Below, piece after piece: positions 1-13,412 of a stretch of DNA of 64,000 bases. Location of the stretch: positions 78,556,001 through 78,620,000 of the forward strand of contig NC_086108.1 of assembly GCF_963921235.1 (NCBI RefSeq). The letters run 5' to 3'. The translations under genes and the position numbers were made by a program. The notes beneath the pieces are model-generated. The model saw only the letters and a list, made by a program, of their open reading frames with translations. It ran no database searches and had not been told where the DNA came from. Each line of letters opens with the position of its first letter. The stretch's first letter is position 1. Origin of the DNA: Mobula hypostoma. Taxonomy: Eukaryota.

Positions 1-2962
1 AATGTAGTAGAAACAGTAAAAAGCTCAAGACACAGTTTGAGAGGAATCCAACACTGCTTTGGTGATTGAGTAGGGCTTGAATGCTATCACCGCTTATAAA
101 GTTACATCATGCGATATGGGAGATAGCAGGGCTTCGATTCCAGATGAGCTCAATGCCTTCTATGCTCACTTTGAACGTCAGGACATGGAGGAATCACTGT
201 GAGCACCCACATCTCCTGATGATTCTATGACTTCAGTCCTCGAAGACAATGTGTGGGCTGCCTTCAGGAGGGAGAACCCACAGAAAGCTTCCGGACCAGA
301 CAGGGTTCCTGGCCAAGTACTGAAGGCCTGTGCTGAAGAAGTGGCTGAAGTCCTCAGAGATCTTTACCCTCTCGCTTCGACAGTGTGTGGTACTCACCAG
401 CTTCAAGCAGGCTTCAATCGTACCAGTGCTCAAGAAGAGCACAGCCCCTGCCTCAATGACTATCATCCAGTTGTATGGACATTCACAGTGTTTTGAGAGG
501 TTGGTGATGAAACATATCAGTTCCCCCGAGAGGCGAGTTGGATCTGCAACTTGCCTACTGGAGCAACAGATCACAGCAGAAACCATCTCACTGGCTCTTC
601 ACTCAACCCTGGAACATAGAAACATAGAAAATAGGTGCAGGAGTAGGCCATTCGGCCCTTCGAGCCTGCACCGCCATTTATTATGATCATGGCTGATCAT
701 CCAACTCAGAACCCCGCCCCAGCCTTCCCTCCATACCCCCTGACCCCTGTAGCCACAAGGGCCATATCCAACTCCCTCTTAAACATAGCCAATGAACTGG
801 CCTCAACAGTTTCCTGTGGCAGAGAATTCCACAGATTCACCACTCTCTGTGTGAAGAAGTTTTTCCTAATCTCGGTCCTAAAAGGCTTCCCCTCAATCCT
901 CAAACTGTGACCCCTCGTTCTGAAATTCCCCAACATCGGGAACAATCTTCCTGCATCTAGCCTGTCCAATCCCTTTAGGATCTTATACGTTTCAATGAGA
1001 TTCCCCCCTCAATCTTCTAAATTCCAACGAGTACAAGCCCAGTTCATCCAGTCTTTCTTCATATGAAAGTCCTGCCATCCCAGGAATCAATCTGGTGAAC
1101 CTTCTTTGTACTCCCTCTATGGCAAAGATGTCTTTCCTCAGATTAGGGGACCAAAACTGCACACAATACTCCAGGTGTGGTCTCACCAGGGCCTTGTACA
1201 ACTGCAGTAGTACCTCCCTGCTCCTGTACTCGAATCCTCTCGCTATAAATGCCAGCATACCATTCGCTTTTTTCACCGCCTGCTGTACCTGCATGCCCAC
1301 TTTCAATGACTGGTGTATAATGACACCCAGGTCTCGTTGCACCTCTCCTTTTCCTAATCGGCCACCATTCAGATAATAATCTGTTTTCCTATTTTTGCCA
1401 CCAAAGTGGATAACTTCACATTTATCCACATTAAATTGCATCTGCCATGAGTTTGCCCACTCACCCAACCTATCCAAGTCACCCTGCATCCTCCTCACTG
1501 CTAACACTGCCACCCAGCTTCGTGTCATCCGCAAACTTGGAGATGCTGCATTTAATTCCCTCATCCAAGTCATTAATATATATTGTAAACAACTGGGGTC
1601 CCAGCACTGAGCCTTGCGGTACCCCACTAGTCACCGCCTGCCATTCTGAAAAGGTCCCGGTTATTCCCACTCTTTGCTTCCTGTCTGCTAACCAATTCTC
1701 TACCCACACCAATACCTTACCCCCAATACCGTGTGCTTTAAGTTTGCACACTAATCTCCTGTGTGGGACCTTGTCAAAAGCCTTTTGAAAATCCAAATAT
1801 ACCACATCCACTGGTTCTCCCCTATCCACTCTACTAGTTACATCCTCAAAAAATTCTATGAGGTTCGTCAGACATGATTTTCCTTTCACAAATCCATGCT
1901 GACTTTGTCCGATCATTTCACCGCTTTCCAAATGTGCTGTTATCACATCCTTGATAACTGACTCCAGCAGTTTCCCCACCACCGACGTTAGGCTAACCGG
2001 TCTATAATTCCCCAGTTTCTCTCTCCCTCCTTTTTTAAAAAGTGGGGTTACATTAGCCACCCTCCAATCCTCAGGAACTAGTCCAGAATCTAACGAGTTT
2101 TGAAAAATTATCACTAATGCATCCACTATTTCTTGGGCTACTTCCTTAAGCACTCTAGGATGCAGACCATCTGGCCCTGGGGATTTATCTGCCTTCAATC
2201 CCTTCAAATATCCTAACACCACTTCCCTACTAACATGTATTTCACTCAGTTCCTCCATCTCACTGGACCCTCTGTCCCTTACTATTTCTGGAAGATTATT
2301 TATGTCCTCCTTAGTGAAGACAGAACCAAAGTAATTATTCAATTGGTCTGCCATGTCCTTGCTCCCCATAATCAATTCACCTGTTTCTGTCTGCAGGGGA
2401 CCTACATTTGTCTTTACCATCTGGACAGCAAAGATGCATACATCAGGATGCTCTTTATTGACTACAGCTCAGCATTCAAAACCATCAACCCTTCACAACT
2501 AATCAAAAAGCTACAAGACCTTGGCCTCATTGCCTCTTTGTGCAAATGAATCCTGGACTCCCTCACTTGTGGACCACAGTCAGTTCAGATTGGCAACACC
2601 TCCTTCATGATCTCCGCCAGCACTAGTGCGCCACAAGGCTGTGTGCTTAGTCCCCTGCTCTACTCACTTTACACTTATGACTGTGCGGCTAAGCACAACT
2701 TTAATGCCATGCTGCTGATGACACCACTGTCGTGAGCCAAATCAAAGATGGTGATAAATCATCATATAGGAGGGAAACTGAAAATCTGGCTGAGTGGAAT
2801 CATAACAACCACCTCTCATTCAATGTCAGTAAGACCAAGGAACTGATGATTGACTTCAGGAGAGGGAAACCAGAGATCCATGAGCCAGTTTTCATTGGAG
2901 GATCAGAGATGGAGAGGGTTAGCAATTTTATTATCAATTTAAAATTTACTTTGAACTTTGAA
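1..2962 (+). mobile_element. Degraded Rex1/Babar-clade LINE (1-617 and 2420-2962), split by a CR1
   Basis: Motifs KASGPD, CLNDYHPV and [27 protein letters not shown] rejoin across the insert; NVSKTKEL; 3' tail TTTACTTTGAACTTTG. Confidence 0.85.
618..2419 (-). mobile_element. 5'-truncated young CR1 LINE (RT to 3' tail)
   Basis: ORFs 1479-2420, 992-1627 and 706-969 ([40 protein letters not shown]); (CATAGAAA)n tail on +; CAT at both junctions. Confidence 0.95.
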
Positions 2963-3018
2963 TAGTCAAGCAATATGCCTGAAGATGTAACAGATACCTT
3001 CATTAAACAAAGACATTT

Positions 3019-5981
3019 AATATACGGCATTTGTTAAATGTTATGTACTCTCCATCTAAGGAAATATTGGAACGTGTGATATCTTTGGATGTGGAGAAGG
3101 CTTTTGACAGAGTCGAATGGAACTACCTATTTAAATCCTGAGAAAAATTTAATTTTGGACCTAATTTTATTCATTGGATTAAATTACTTTATCTATCTCT
3201 CTGCTCGGGTTCTTAATAATTTTCAGAATTCTAAACCCTTTAAACTCCAATGTGGAACTAGACAAGGTTGCCCTTTGAGCCCCCTGCTTTTTCATTTGGT
3301 ATTAGAACCTTTAGCAATTGCTTTTCAAGAGTCTAAAGAGATTACTAGTATTTTAAGGAGAGGTACTATTCATAAAGTGTCGCTCTATGCTGATGACTTA
3401 TTGCTTTTTATATCTAATGTTACAATCTCCTTACCATTTGTGTTCTGTTTACTGACTAATTTTAGTCAGTTCTCAGGATATAAATTAAATTTACAGAAGA
3501 GTGAACTGTTTCCTTTAAACAATTTAATATCAACTGATATTAACCTTCCTTTTAAAATTTTAAGAAAACAATTTACGTATTTAGGAGTAACAATTACTAA
3601 GAATTATAAAGATTTATTTAAGGAAAAATGTTTAAGTTTATTGAATTATGTTAAAAAGAAGTTTCTAATTGGTCGCCTCTCTCTTTATCACTGATTGGCC
3701 GAATCAATTCTATTAAAATGAATATCTTACCTAAATTTATATACCTTTTTCAAGCTGTGCCTGTTTTTATTCCTAAATCTTTTATTGACTCTCTGGATTC
3801 AATTCTTTCTTCCTATATATGGAAGAATAAAAAACCTTGTATAAATAAAGCTCACCTTCAAAAAAACCAAACAGAACGGAGGATTTCCCTTACCCAATAT
3901 TAGGTTATATTGTTGGGCAGTTAATATACAAAATATTACATTCTGGATATATTATTACATTAACCATGAGAATTGTCCTATATGGGTTTCTTTGGAAGTC
4001 AATTCTGGTATGAAATTTTCCATTAATTCTTTACTTGGATCCTCGCTTCCTTTACCTTTAATTAAACTAACTGACAACGTGGTGGTTAAACATACATTGA
4101 GGATTTGGTTACAGTTTAGAAAACATTTTGGTTTATTGAGATTCTCCCTCTCAAGTCCCATATTTTCTAATTGTTTTTTTAAACCATCTTTAATTGACTT
4201 ATCTTTTAAAGAATGGGATAGATTGGGTATTAAACGATTTCAGGATTTGTTTGATGGAGGGAATCTCTCTTTTGTGCAATTTTCAACAAAATTTAACCTT
4301 TCCAATACTCACTTTTTTTGATACTCACAGATTAGAGATTTTTTAAGATCTCAATTACATACATTTCCTACAAGTCCAGATAAGAATATAATAGATACAA
4401 TTTTTAATCTGAAACCTTTTGATAACGGTTCAATATCTTACATTTATGGTCTACTGTTGGGACTGAAAAAGGCCTCTTTAGATAAAATTAAAGGAGATTG
4501 GGAAAAGGATTTACAGATTTTCCTATCTGAAGAGAGCTGGAAGATTATTTTAAAATTGATTAATTCTTCAACATTATGTGTTCGTCATTCTTTATTACAA
4601 TTCAAAGTGGTACATAGAGTTCATACAGACATCCCATCCTGTAAAAATTCATTTCAGGGAGGTAGCACCATCAATTTGTGGGAGACTTCCGGAACTTCCG
4701 GGAGAGGTGGGATGTCTGCAATAGAGTAGCTCCTTAGCAGCCAGCCAGCTAGTTTAAATAACGTTAGCTATGCTAATGAACGAATGACACCTGTTAAACT
4801 CACCTCAACATGTCTTTTACAGTCTTAACCCACCATGGGCAATAGAAAAGTCACTGTTGCAAACAGTGCAGCGAGCAACACTGTCATTATTTTGACCCCT
4901 ATTAGGCAGGGGTACACTTTAGTGTAGTCTGGGGTAACGTACGTTTTATATTTTTTTGGAACACTCTGCAATGGCGCGCTCTCGCTTGCGCATGCTCTCT
5001 CTCTCTCGTGGTCGCTCGCACGCTCGCTCGCTCTCTCTCGCTTGCCTTTGCTCTCACTTGCTTTCTCTTTCTCTCTCTCAGTCGCTCTCGCGCTCTCTCT
5101 TGCTTTTCTCTCGCTCGCTCTCAAAAAAATTGATTTCCATGATATTGTATATAATTTGCAGGCAACAGGGAGCCACTATTAATATGCAGGAGACTCCCGG
5201 AAGTTCCGGGAGAGGTGGGATGTCTGTTCATATGTCTGACAAGCTCTCTCATTTCTACGCAGATATTTCCCTTTACTGTGATAGATGTACTAATGGAGTG
5301 GCCACACTGATTCATATGTTTTGGACATGTCCAAGTCTTGAAAAATTTTAGAAAGATGTATTTCAAATTTTTTCTGTACTTTTCAATGTCAGCTTTAAGC
5401 CCAACCCTTTGACTACCATGTTTGGTATTGTTGAGGATAGTGCTACAAAACTGAAGCCATCTAATTTGCGGGTATTGGCCTTTATGTCTCTTATGGCCAG
5501 GAGGACGATCTTGCTCAAGTGGAAGGAGGCCGCCCAGCCCACTCATGTTCAAAGGCTATCTGACATTATGTTATGCCTTGATCTAGAGAAGATTTGTTGT
5601 TCGATTTCTGATTCTAAACATTCTAGTGTTATGGGGACCCTTTCTGAATTATTTTCATAATCTTTGAACTGTTATTGGATCTGAGCCATTATTAGCAATA
5701 ATATCATACAGTAAGGTATTTTTCTTTTTTTTTTACCAACCAGCTCATTTTGGTAGTGGGGATAGATTTTGTTTAAATAAAATACAATTATTTTATTTTA
5801 TTTCATTTCATAATTCAATCTTTCTTTCTACATGATTGATTTGGAATATGGGATACTGTGATCATATTACTGTGATTTAAATGTAACGTAGTTGGTATTA
5901 TTTACTTGTATCCTTACGAATTTTGTATTTGTATTCATGCAATTTATATAATATCAATAAAAATATTGAGGGAAAAAAAGA
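3019..5981 (+). mobile_element. 5'-truncated L1-clade LINE (ORF2 RT, C-terminal zinc knuckle, 3' UTR)
   Basis: GTRQGCPLSPLLF, SLYADD, CDRC..HMFWTC; AATAAA and A-rich tail; 14-bp TSD AAACAAAG(A/G)CATTT at 3005-3018 and 5982-5995, at a TT/AAA site. Confidence 0.9.
4626..5226 (-). mobile_element. Non-autonomous TIR DNA transposon with 6-bp TSD (hAT-like), copy 1, inside the L1
   Basis: TIR CAGACATCCCA...TGGGATGTCTG; TSD TTCATA at 4620-4625 and 5227-5232; L1 frame VHRVH|MSDKL rejoins; extra internal terminus ending at 4718. Confidence 0.9.
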
Positions 5982-6164
5982 AAACAAAGGCATTTCCCAA
6001 ACAGATTTTCTCTCATATTAAATTCATAAATGGAAAACATACTTCGACACCATATTTTCCAGCAATTACCCTTGTTAGTGGTAAAAATGACCATGGAATA
6101 ATTTTTCCCAGATTTGTCCAGAGCCATGAATCTAAAGACCTTTGACTTTTGGAGAACTCTCTTG

Positions 6165-6550
6165 ATTCAGTGTAAGCACTCTTGCTTCTAACAAGAAAGT
6201 TGCAGTTTCAAGTTCCATTCCGGAAACCTCAGCACAAAATTTAAGCTGTAATGCTGTGTGGGTCTACATATTAGATATGGTAACGTTTTGATGAGATGCT
6301 GAAACACAAACCCATCTGCTCTTTCAGGGAAATGCATAAAGAATCTGAAACACTTACAGCACAAAGCATCTCCTAGTCATTATTTATCTCTCACTTAACA
6401 TCTCGAAAACAAAATTAATTACAAACCACTCATTATCTCACTGCTGCTTATAGAACCTGCTCTGTAAATTGACAGCTGTGTTTTATACAAGACAAAGATA
6501 TTGGCTGTAAGGATCTTTGTAACATATCGACAGTGATATAAATGTAAGTA
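6165..6550 (+). mobile_element. Old Deu-domain-like SINE (SacSINE1/AmnSINE-like)
   Basis: tRNA-like head (CAAGTTCC B-box remnant), central GATGAGATG..CCCATCTGCTCTTTCAGG block and ATTGGCTGTAAGGATCTTTG...TATAAATGTAAG tail; recalled similarity to the Deu-SINE consensus. Confidence 0.55.
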
Positions 6551-6626
6551 CCGTTATTATTATTGAATTTTATATATTTTGTACATGTACATTTGTTTGT
6601 TGATTTGATAAGACGAAGCAACAGAT

Positions 6627-6870
6627 CACTTAAGATCATAGACACAGGAGCAGAATTAGGCCATATGGCCCATCGAGTCAAAGGTGATCTATTATCCCTC
6701 TCAGCCCCATTATCCACCTTTGACACCCATAATAATCAAGAACCTATCAACCTCTACTTTAAATATACCCTTCACAGCCCCTTGTGGCAATAAATTCCGT
6801 AGATTTACCACCCTCTCTGTTCTAAAGGCACATCCTTCTATTCTGAGGCTGTGCCCTCTTGTCCTTAATA
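6627..6870 (-). mobile_element. CR1 3' fragment
   Basis: Similar to the 3' ends of other CR1 copies in the window (GGAGCAGAATTAGGCCAT...CTGAGGCTGTGCCCTCT). Confidence 0.8.
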
Positions 6871-7214
6871 TAGATTCCTTTTGAATTTCACTTGATTAAG
6901 TCCCAAGAGTCTATTGCTTTTTACTGGACTAGTCTATACTACTTACTGGATTAAACAAGGATTGGGATAACCCCGTGGAAAAGGGAAACTATTTATCAAT
7001 GACACTTGCTGTAATCAAATCTTATGCTTGTCCCTTTTGGCTTAAGTATTAAATTCCATCTACCAAATACATTCCCTACAATTTCCTATCAAGAGCTGTT
7101 AAAAGTGACATTTTTCTCTTAAAAGAGGAACAAACTGATGTAGAGGTGTCAAGTGTGGTGGCTACATTTAAATGGTAGATACCAATGCTGTCCCTCTTTA
7201 AATAGGTAATCATG

Positions 7215-8650
7215 ATCATAAGCTATAGGAGCAGAATTAGGCCATTTGGCCCATTGAGTCTGCTCTGCCATTTCATCATGGCTGATCCAATTTTCCTCTC
7301 AGTCCCAATCTCCTGCCTTCTCTCTGTATCCCTTCATTCCCTGACCAGTCAAGAATCTATCAACCTCTGCCTTAAATATACATAAAGACTTGGCCTCCAC
7401 AGCTGCCTGTGGCAAAGAATTCTACAGAATCACTACTCTGGCTAAAGACATTCATCCTCATCTCCATTCTAAAAGGGCACCCCTGTATTCTGAAGTTGTC
7501 CCCTCTGGTCTTAGACTCCCCACCATTGGAAACATCCTCTCTACATCCACTCCATCAAGGCCTTTCATCACTCGAATGAGGTCACCCCTTATTCTTCTGA
7601 ATTCTTGTGAATACAGGCCCACAGCCACCGGATACTCTTCATATGACAAGCCATTCAATCCTGGAATCATTTGTGTAAACCTCCTTTGAACCCTCTTCAG
7701 TTTCTGCACATCCTTTCTTAGATAAGGGGCTCAAAACTACTCACAATACTCCAAGTGCAGCCTCAGTAGTGTTTTATAAAGTCTCAACATTACATCTTTG
7801 CTTTTATATTCTAGTCCTCTGAAATGAATGCTTACATTGCATTTGTTTTCCTCACCACAGACTCAATCTGCAAATTAACCTCTAGGGAATCCTGCACCTT
7901 AGTTTTTTGTATTTTCTCTCCATTTAGAAAATAATCAACCTTTTTATTTCTTCTACTAAAGTGCATGACCATACACTTCCCGACACTGTATCCCATCTGC
8001 CATTTCTTTGCCCATTCTCCTAATCTGTCTAAGTCATCTGTGGCCTCTCTAATTCCTCAAAACTACCTTCCCCTCCACTTAGCTTCATATCATCTGCAAA
8101 TTTGCAACAAAGCCATTAATTCTACATTCCAAATCATTGACATATAACATAGAAACATAGAAAACCTACAGCACAATACAGGCTCTTTGGCCCACAAAGC
8201 TGTGCCGAACATGTCCTTACCTTAGATCTACCTAGGTTTACCCATAGCCTTCTATTTTTCTAAGAAATATCGTAAAAAGAATTGGACCCAACACAGACCC
8301 CTTTGGAGCACCACTAGTCACCGGCAGCCAACCAGAAAAGGAACTCTTCATTCCTACTGCTTGCCTCTTGACAATCAGCCACTGCTTTATCCATGCTGGG
8401 ATCTTTCATGTAATACCATGGGCTTGTAGCTTATTAAGCAGCCTCATGTGTGGCACCTTGTCAAAGGCTTTCTGAAAATCCAAGTACGCAGCATGAACCG
8501 ATTCTTCTATATCTTTCCTGCTTGTTATTTCTTCAAAGAATTCCAACAGGTTTGTCAGGCAAGATTTTCCCTTGAGGAAACCATGCTGACTATGGCCTAT
8601 TTTATCATGTACCTCCAAGTACCCAGAGACCTCATCCTTAATAATCATGT
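7215..8650 (-). mobile_element. Degraded CR1 LINE with a second CR1-type 3' tail nested at ~8150-8265
   Basis: ORFs 7458-7709 and 8406-8648 ([23 protein letters not shown]); nested AGAAACATAGAAAACC tail. Confidence 0.85.
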
Positions 8651-8799
8651 GAAGCTTTTTATTTTGAAGGCCACAGATTTTTCACACTAACATAGCAAGG
8701 GTAGGCATCGGAAACAAAAGTTTACGTACATTGATAAGACACAGTGGAATCTTTTCACTTCATGAATTATAGTTGTGCATCATAATCTTGCTACATTAG

Positions 8800-8955
8800 A
8801 AGCTGGAGGAACTCAATGGGCCAGACACGATGTACAGAAGAAAACAAAGTCAATGTCAGTTCATGATGAAGGGTCTTGACCCGAAATGTCAACTGTTCAT
8901 TTTCCTCCGCTGATGCTGCTGGACTGAGTTCATCTGTAATTTCATGTGTGTTGAC
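8800..8955. mobile_element. Short fold-back Penelope-like terminal-repeat relic with a degenerate hammerhead motif (8857-8895, +)
   Basis: GCTGGAGGAACTCA...TGAGTTCATCTG inverted ends; TGATGAAGGGTCTTGACCCGAAATGTCAACTG. Confidence 0.65.
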
Positions 8956-9474
8956 ATTAGAATCTAGGATAGTTCTTGTTCAGAGCAATGGGTCTCAAAA
9001 TAAATTAATTGCATTTTTCAACACCAAAATATTCTACATTTTTATCAGCAAAAAATAAATCCACCAAAAACTTAATTTCATAACAGTAAACACTTTATAT
9101 TATTTGCAAACTTTACTACCCACTTAACCCTCTATGGCCCCTCCCCCTAGCTTTTATATTGGGTTGTGAACACTGCAACTCACTGACACTCTTTGAAAGG
9201 TACTTATTTATTTCCCAGTCTTATCATAATGACATTTGGTTTATTTTGAATCATTCAAGAGTAAAAATGGAGTCAGACAACCAGGAAAAGCAATGACCTC
9301 TGCTAATACTACGATGATCCCTCAGCAGCACCTAAGTGACAAAATGTTCCCAAATGACCCACCCTTCTTGCACTAAATTATCACACTCACAAAGCAATTA
9401 AAATGCTAGTTCTGGAACAGTAGATATATTCACAACTTTTCAACTCATGACTCAAAAATGTTGCAAATAAAAAA

Positions 9475-9620
9475 ACAACGGCTGCAAAAACTCAGGGATC
9501 ACAGGCCATTTTCGTAGGGCACAAAGGATCGTCAATGTTCAGGTCAAGTCCCTGCATCAGAACTTCTGAATTCTTCCAGCTGTTTGTTTTCTGCTCCAGA
9601 TTCCAGCATCTGCTGTCTTT
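9475..9620. mobile_element. Penelope-like terminal-repeat relic
   Basis: Ends in CCAGATTCCAGCATCTGC; minus strand reads CTGATGC-AGGGACTTGACCT-GAAC, a degenerate hammerhead. Confidence 0.5.
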
Positions 9621-10089
9621 TTCTAGGACTGGGGGTATTCATAAAACAACAGAGTGAAAAAACAAGCACATGTGTGTAATTCCAGTGTATTGTATACAGT
9701 AGCTGCCACTGAGGTCACCATTGGCAGACATGACTCCCTTTCACAATCATTTTGAACAATGAACTTAACTGTAGGCAGCTGCACATTAAAAGCAAGTGCA
9801 CTTCAGAAGATTGTGTGATTTTTAATGAAAATGTTCAACTCATAACTGAATCACACTCGAGAAATGTATTGTACTATGGTCTGGTATAAAAATTAGCAAA
9901 ATATAATCTCAGCCATTAAGTCATAGTACAAACTTCTCCATTCCTAAACCTTCCCTCATTTCTCCAAAATTCGCACTCATACGAGAATGTAACAAAACAG
10001 GTTGGCAAGTTTTGGGGTGCAAAATACAGCATAATAGAACACAATTACATTTTTTTATGGCTGGAATTAACTCCTGCTTGAACAATGAT

Positions 10090-11250
10090 CTAGACCAGTA
10101 GAAAATCGGCTACCATTGCAACTGGTCTGCGGCAGATGCAATCTCACTCACTCTCCACTTCGCTTTGCAGCACTTAGACAAATGTCAGGCTGCTGTTTAT
10201 CGATAACAGCTCGGCATTCAACACCATCATCTCCTCAGTGTTAATCACCAAGCTTCTAAACCTGAGCCTTTGCACCTCCCGCTGCAACTGGATCCTCCAT
10301 TTCCTCATCAGGAGATCTTGGTCAGTATGGATCAATGATATCTCCTCCTCACAGACTACCAACATAGGCACACCTCAAGGATGAGTACCTCTCCCACTGC
10401 TATACCTCTTTCTACAAACAGGATTGTGTCACTACACACAACTCAAACTCCACTTATAAATTCGCACATGACACCACTATTCCTGGCTGAGTCTCAAACG
10501 GTGGTGAGGTGGCGTACGGGAGCAAAAAAGATCGACTGGTTGAAGTGCTGCAACAACAACCTCACACTTAACTTCAAGCAAGGCCAAACAATAGATTATA
10601 GGCATCAGGAGGGGGAAGTCGAGGGAACGTGTACCAGCCTCACTGAGAGGTCAGCTGTGGAAAGGATGAGCAGCTGTATGTTTCTTGGTATCAACATCTC
10701 TGAGGATTTGGCCTGCACCCAACACATTGATGCAATTGCGAAGAAGGCACCCAAGCAATTCTACTTCCTTCGGAATTTGAGGAGATTTGGTATGCCACCA
10801 AAGACCCTCACAAATTTTTATAGACATACAGTGGAAAACGTTTTGACAGGTTGCATCACAACCCCATAAGAGGCTGTCAAGATTTGTAGACTTAGCCAGC
10901 TCCATCACAAGCTCAACCTTCCAACCACTGTGGACACCTTCAAGAAGCAATGTCTCAGAAGGTGACATCCATCATTGAGAACCCTGACCATCTGGGGCAT
11001 GCCAGCTTCCCATTACTATTGATAGGGAGGAGGTACAGCAGCCTGAAAACCTACACTCAATGATTTAGCTTCAAATTTCTGAATGGGCCCTGAACCATCA
11101 TCGTCTCCATCATCAAATTTCTGAATGGTCCCTGAACACGATCAAGCTATTCATTTTATTTTTGTGATTTATAATAATTTTATATCTTTGCACTGTACTG
11201 CTATCACAAAAATACAAATTTCATGTTATACTTTATAACAGTAAACCTGT
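10090..11250 (+). mobile_element. Degraded Rex1/Babar LINE 3' portion
   Basis: FLGINISEDL, KKA..FYFLRNLRRFG, LTNFYRHTVEN.LTGCIT; 3' UTR TTGCACTGTACTGCT. Confidence 0.8.
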
Positions 11251-11349
11251 TTCTTATATTTCTCAGGGTAACTTCAACCATCCCATACACCCTCCACTTT
11301 CTTCCCTGTAAACAATTCGCTCTTATGTGACCATCAACTTCAACAACAC

Positions 11350-11530
11350 TAGAACTAATATAGAGAGGGCATTTAGTCTACTGACTCAAACATCTTTGCC
11401 TTGTTGGGGGGAAGGGGGTGGAACTAGAACACACGGATAAAAGCCATGCAAAGGGAGAATATATAAACTCTTCCCAGGAAGTATTGACGTCAGGATCAGA
11501 CCGGGGTCAATGGAACTGTGAGGCAGGACA
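11350..11530 (-). mobile_element. tRNA-derived SINE relic (V-SINE/HE1-like)
   Basis: GGGAGAATATATAAACTC...GGATCAGACCGGGGTC..CTGTGAGGCAG pattern, shared with 38510-38710. Confidence 0.5.
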
Positions 11531-13220
11531 GAAAAGTTGAGGCAATCACTGCTTGATAATCAGAAGAAGCAATCTTGGTTGAATTTAATAGCTTTTTGAT
11601 CCAAATGGGAAATAACAGCTATGCCTTGGCAATGTGATCCTAGACCATGAGAATACTTTCGTCTTCATGCACTGTATACTCTCTAGAAGGAGATAAAGCT
11701 AATCAATTTTTACCTCTTCAAGGACTCATTTCCATTAACAGTCAGGAAAGATAATTAAGAGTAATTAGATGCTGACAATTATGCCTCAGATAAATCTGTT
11801 GCTAAGGCTGGAATGGACCTTTGATCTGCCTTAAATCTGATGATCTGAAACATGGTTTATTGAATTATACTAAAGACCTTAAATATGTTCTAGCTCTGCA
11901 TGCTCTAAATTTGCGTATGTTTACAAAATACAATTAAGTTGGTCAGTAAAACCACTGAATATCTTTTCTTTGTACTTTTGTCAGTTAAATAAAGGTTCAC
12001 ATGAATTAACATATCATATATTTTTGTTTTTATTGCATTTTGGAAAATATCCCAACTTTTCTGGAAATGAGGTTTGCACTACTTTTTGTAGAATTTTCCA
12101 TTCAGACACACTGGTGTTTCCATAATACCAAGCTGTGACGCAACCAGTCAATATACCCTCCACCACACATCTATAGAAGATGTGACAGTAACATTTAGAT
12201 AGCACAGGCACATGCATGTGTAGGAAATGGGAGGATATGAATGGTGGAGGGCTGATGGGTGGCTTTTAGTTTAGTACAGCAACAGATATTGTAGGCCAAA
12301 AAGCATTTTGCTGTGCTGTACTGTAGAGAGTGGTAAGAACAGCCGAGTGCATCTGTGGATGTGAAGCTCCCTCCATTGTGGACATTTACAGCAGCAGGTA
12401 TGGAAAGAAGGCCTGGAAGATCATTGGGACACCAGTCACCCTAACCATAAACTGCTTCAGTTGCTTCCGTCTGACAAACGCTACCGTAGCATTAAAGCCA
12501 GGACCAACAGGCTAAAAAGGACAGCTTCTTTCTACAAGCTGGTGCGGAGCTGGTGGACTGCACAAGAAATCCACTGGCACAGTACATGTCCCTGGGCCAG
12601 TGCTGTACTTTGGATAAAGCTCTAATGTGACACAGCAGCTAAATGAACACGCACATATAGCCCAGTTTACAGTGCTCTCATAGTGAGCAATCTCAAGGTG
12701 CACAATAAATTTCTTAGGTCTTCACTTTGACAAAGCAGTACAAAGGTTTAAGGAAAGGGGAGATTATAAAGAACTTCCTCATAACCTCATGCCAAAAACT
12801 ACAAGACACAGCTCTAGGGTGGGAGTGGGGTGGAGGATCCCAGACTGCAGACTCAGAATGCTAGTGCAGTTCCACTTTAAGAAAGAATGCTGGCCTGCAA
12901 GTAAGACTGACACACAGAGCTTTTAAACCCCCACTTCCTACTACCTTGCAGGGGAATGCAGAGTCTGGAAAATAAAATGGAGCACAAATGCAGTACCAGA
13001 GGGACATCAGGGACTGTTGTGTACTTAGCTTCATGGAAACATGGCTCACTCCTGACATTTTGGAATCAGTGCTGCAGGTCAATGGCTTCGCCATCCACCG
13101 CAAAACAAAAGAGCTTTTAAAGGTAGAGGAGGTGGTGTATGCTTCACAATTAATTAATTGTGGTGCACAGACATAGTGGTTCTATCTCAGTCCTACTCAC
13201 TCGACCTGGAATATCTAGCA

Positions 13221-13412
13221 CAGGGTGGCCAACCATTTACATTCCATGTGTCAATTTTTTCACACACGAGTTCAGATGTGCCATACAACTCTTGTACCCC
13301 CACAATTCTTGTAAAAATATGTTAATAGAGAACTCGTGCGTGAAAAAAAATCACACCTGAACTCATGCGTGAAAAAATTGACGCATGGAATGTAAAAGGT
13401 TGGCCACCCCTG
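13221..13412. mobile_element. hAT/Charlie-type MITE with ~60-bp inverted repeats
   Basis: CAGGGTGGCCAACC...GGTTGGCCACCCCTG; 8-bp TSD ATCTAGC(A/G) at 13213-13220 and 13413-13420. Confidence 0.9.

Noticed and set aside
1095..1788. Plus-strand ORFs recurring at 50814-51912
   Set aside because: Antisense shadows of CR1 ORF2 in two copies of the same family.
4825..5351. Arg/Glu/Ser/Leu-rich ORFs here and at 39609-39966
   Set aside because: Translations of the GA/CT-rich low-complexity interior of the transposon.
6448..6726. Minus ORF containing YITVDM, resembling the B4GALT terminal exon motif NITVDIG
   Set aside because: Flanking residues do not match, and the segment lies in SINE/CR1 sequence.
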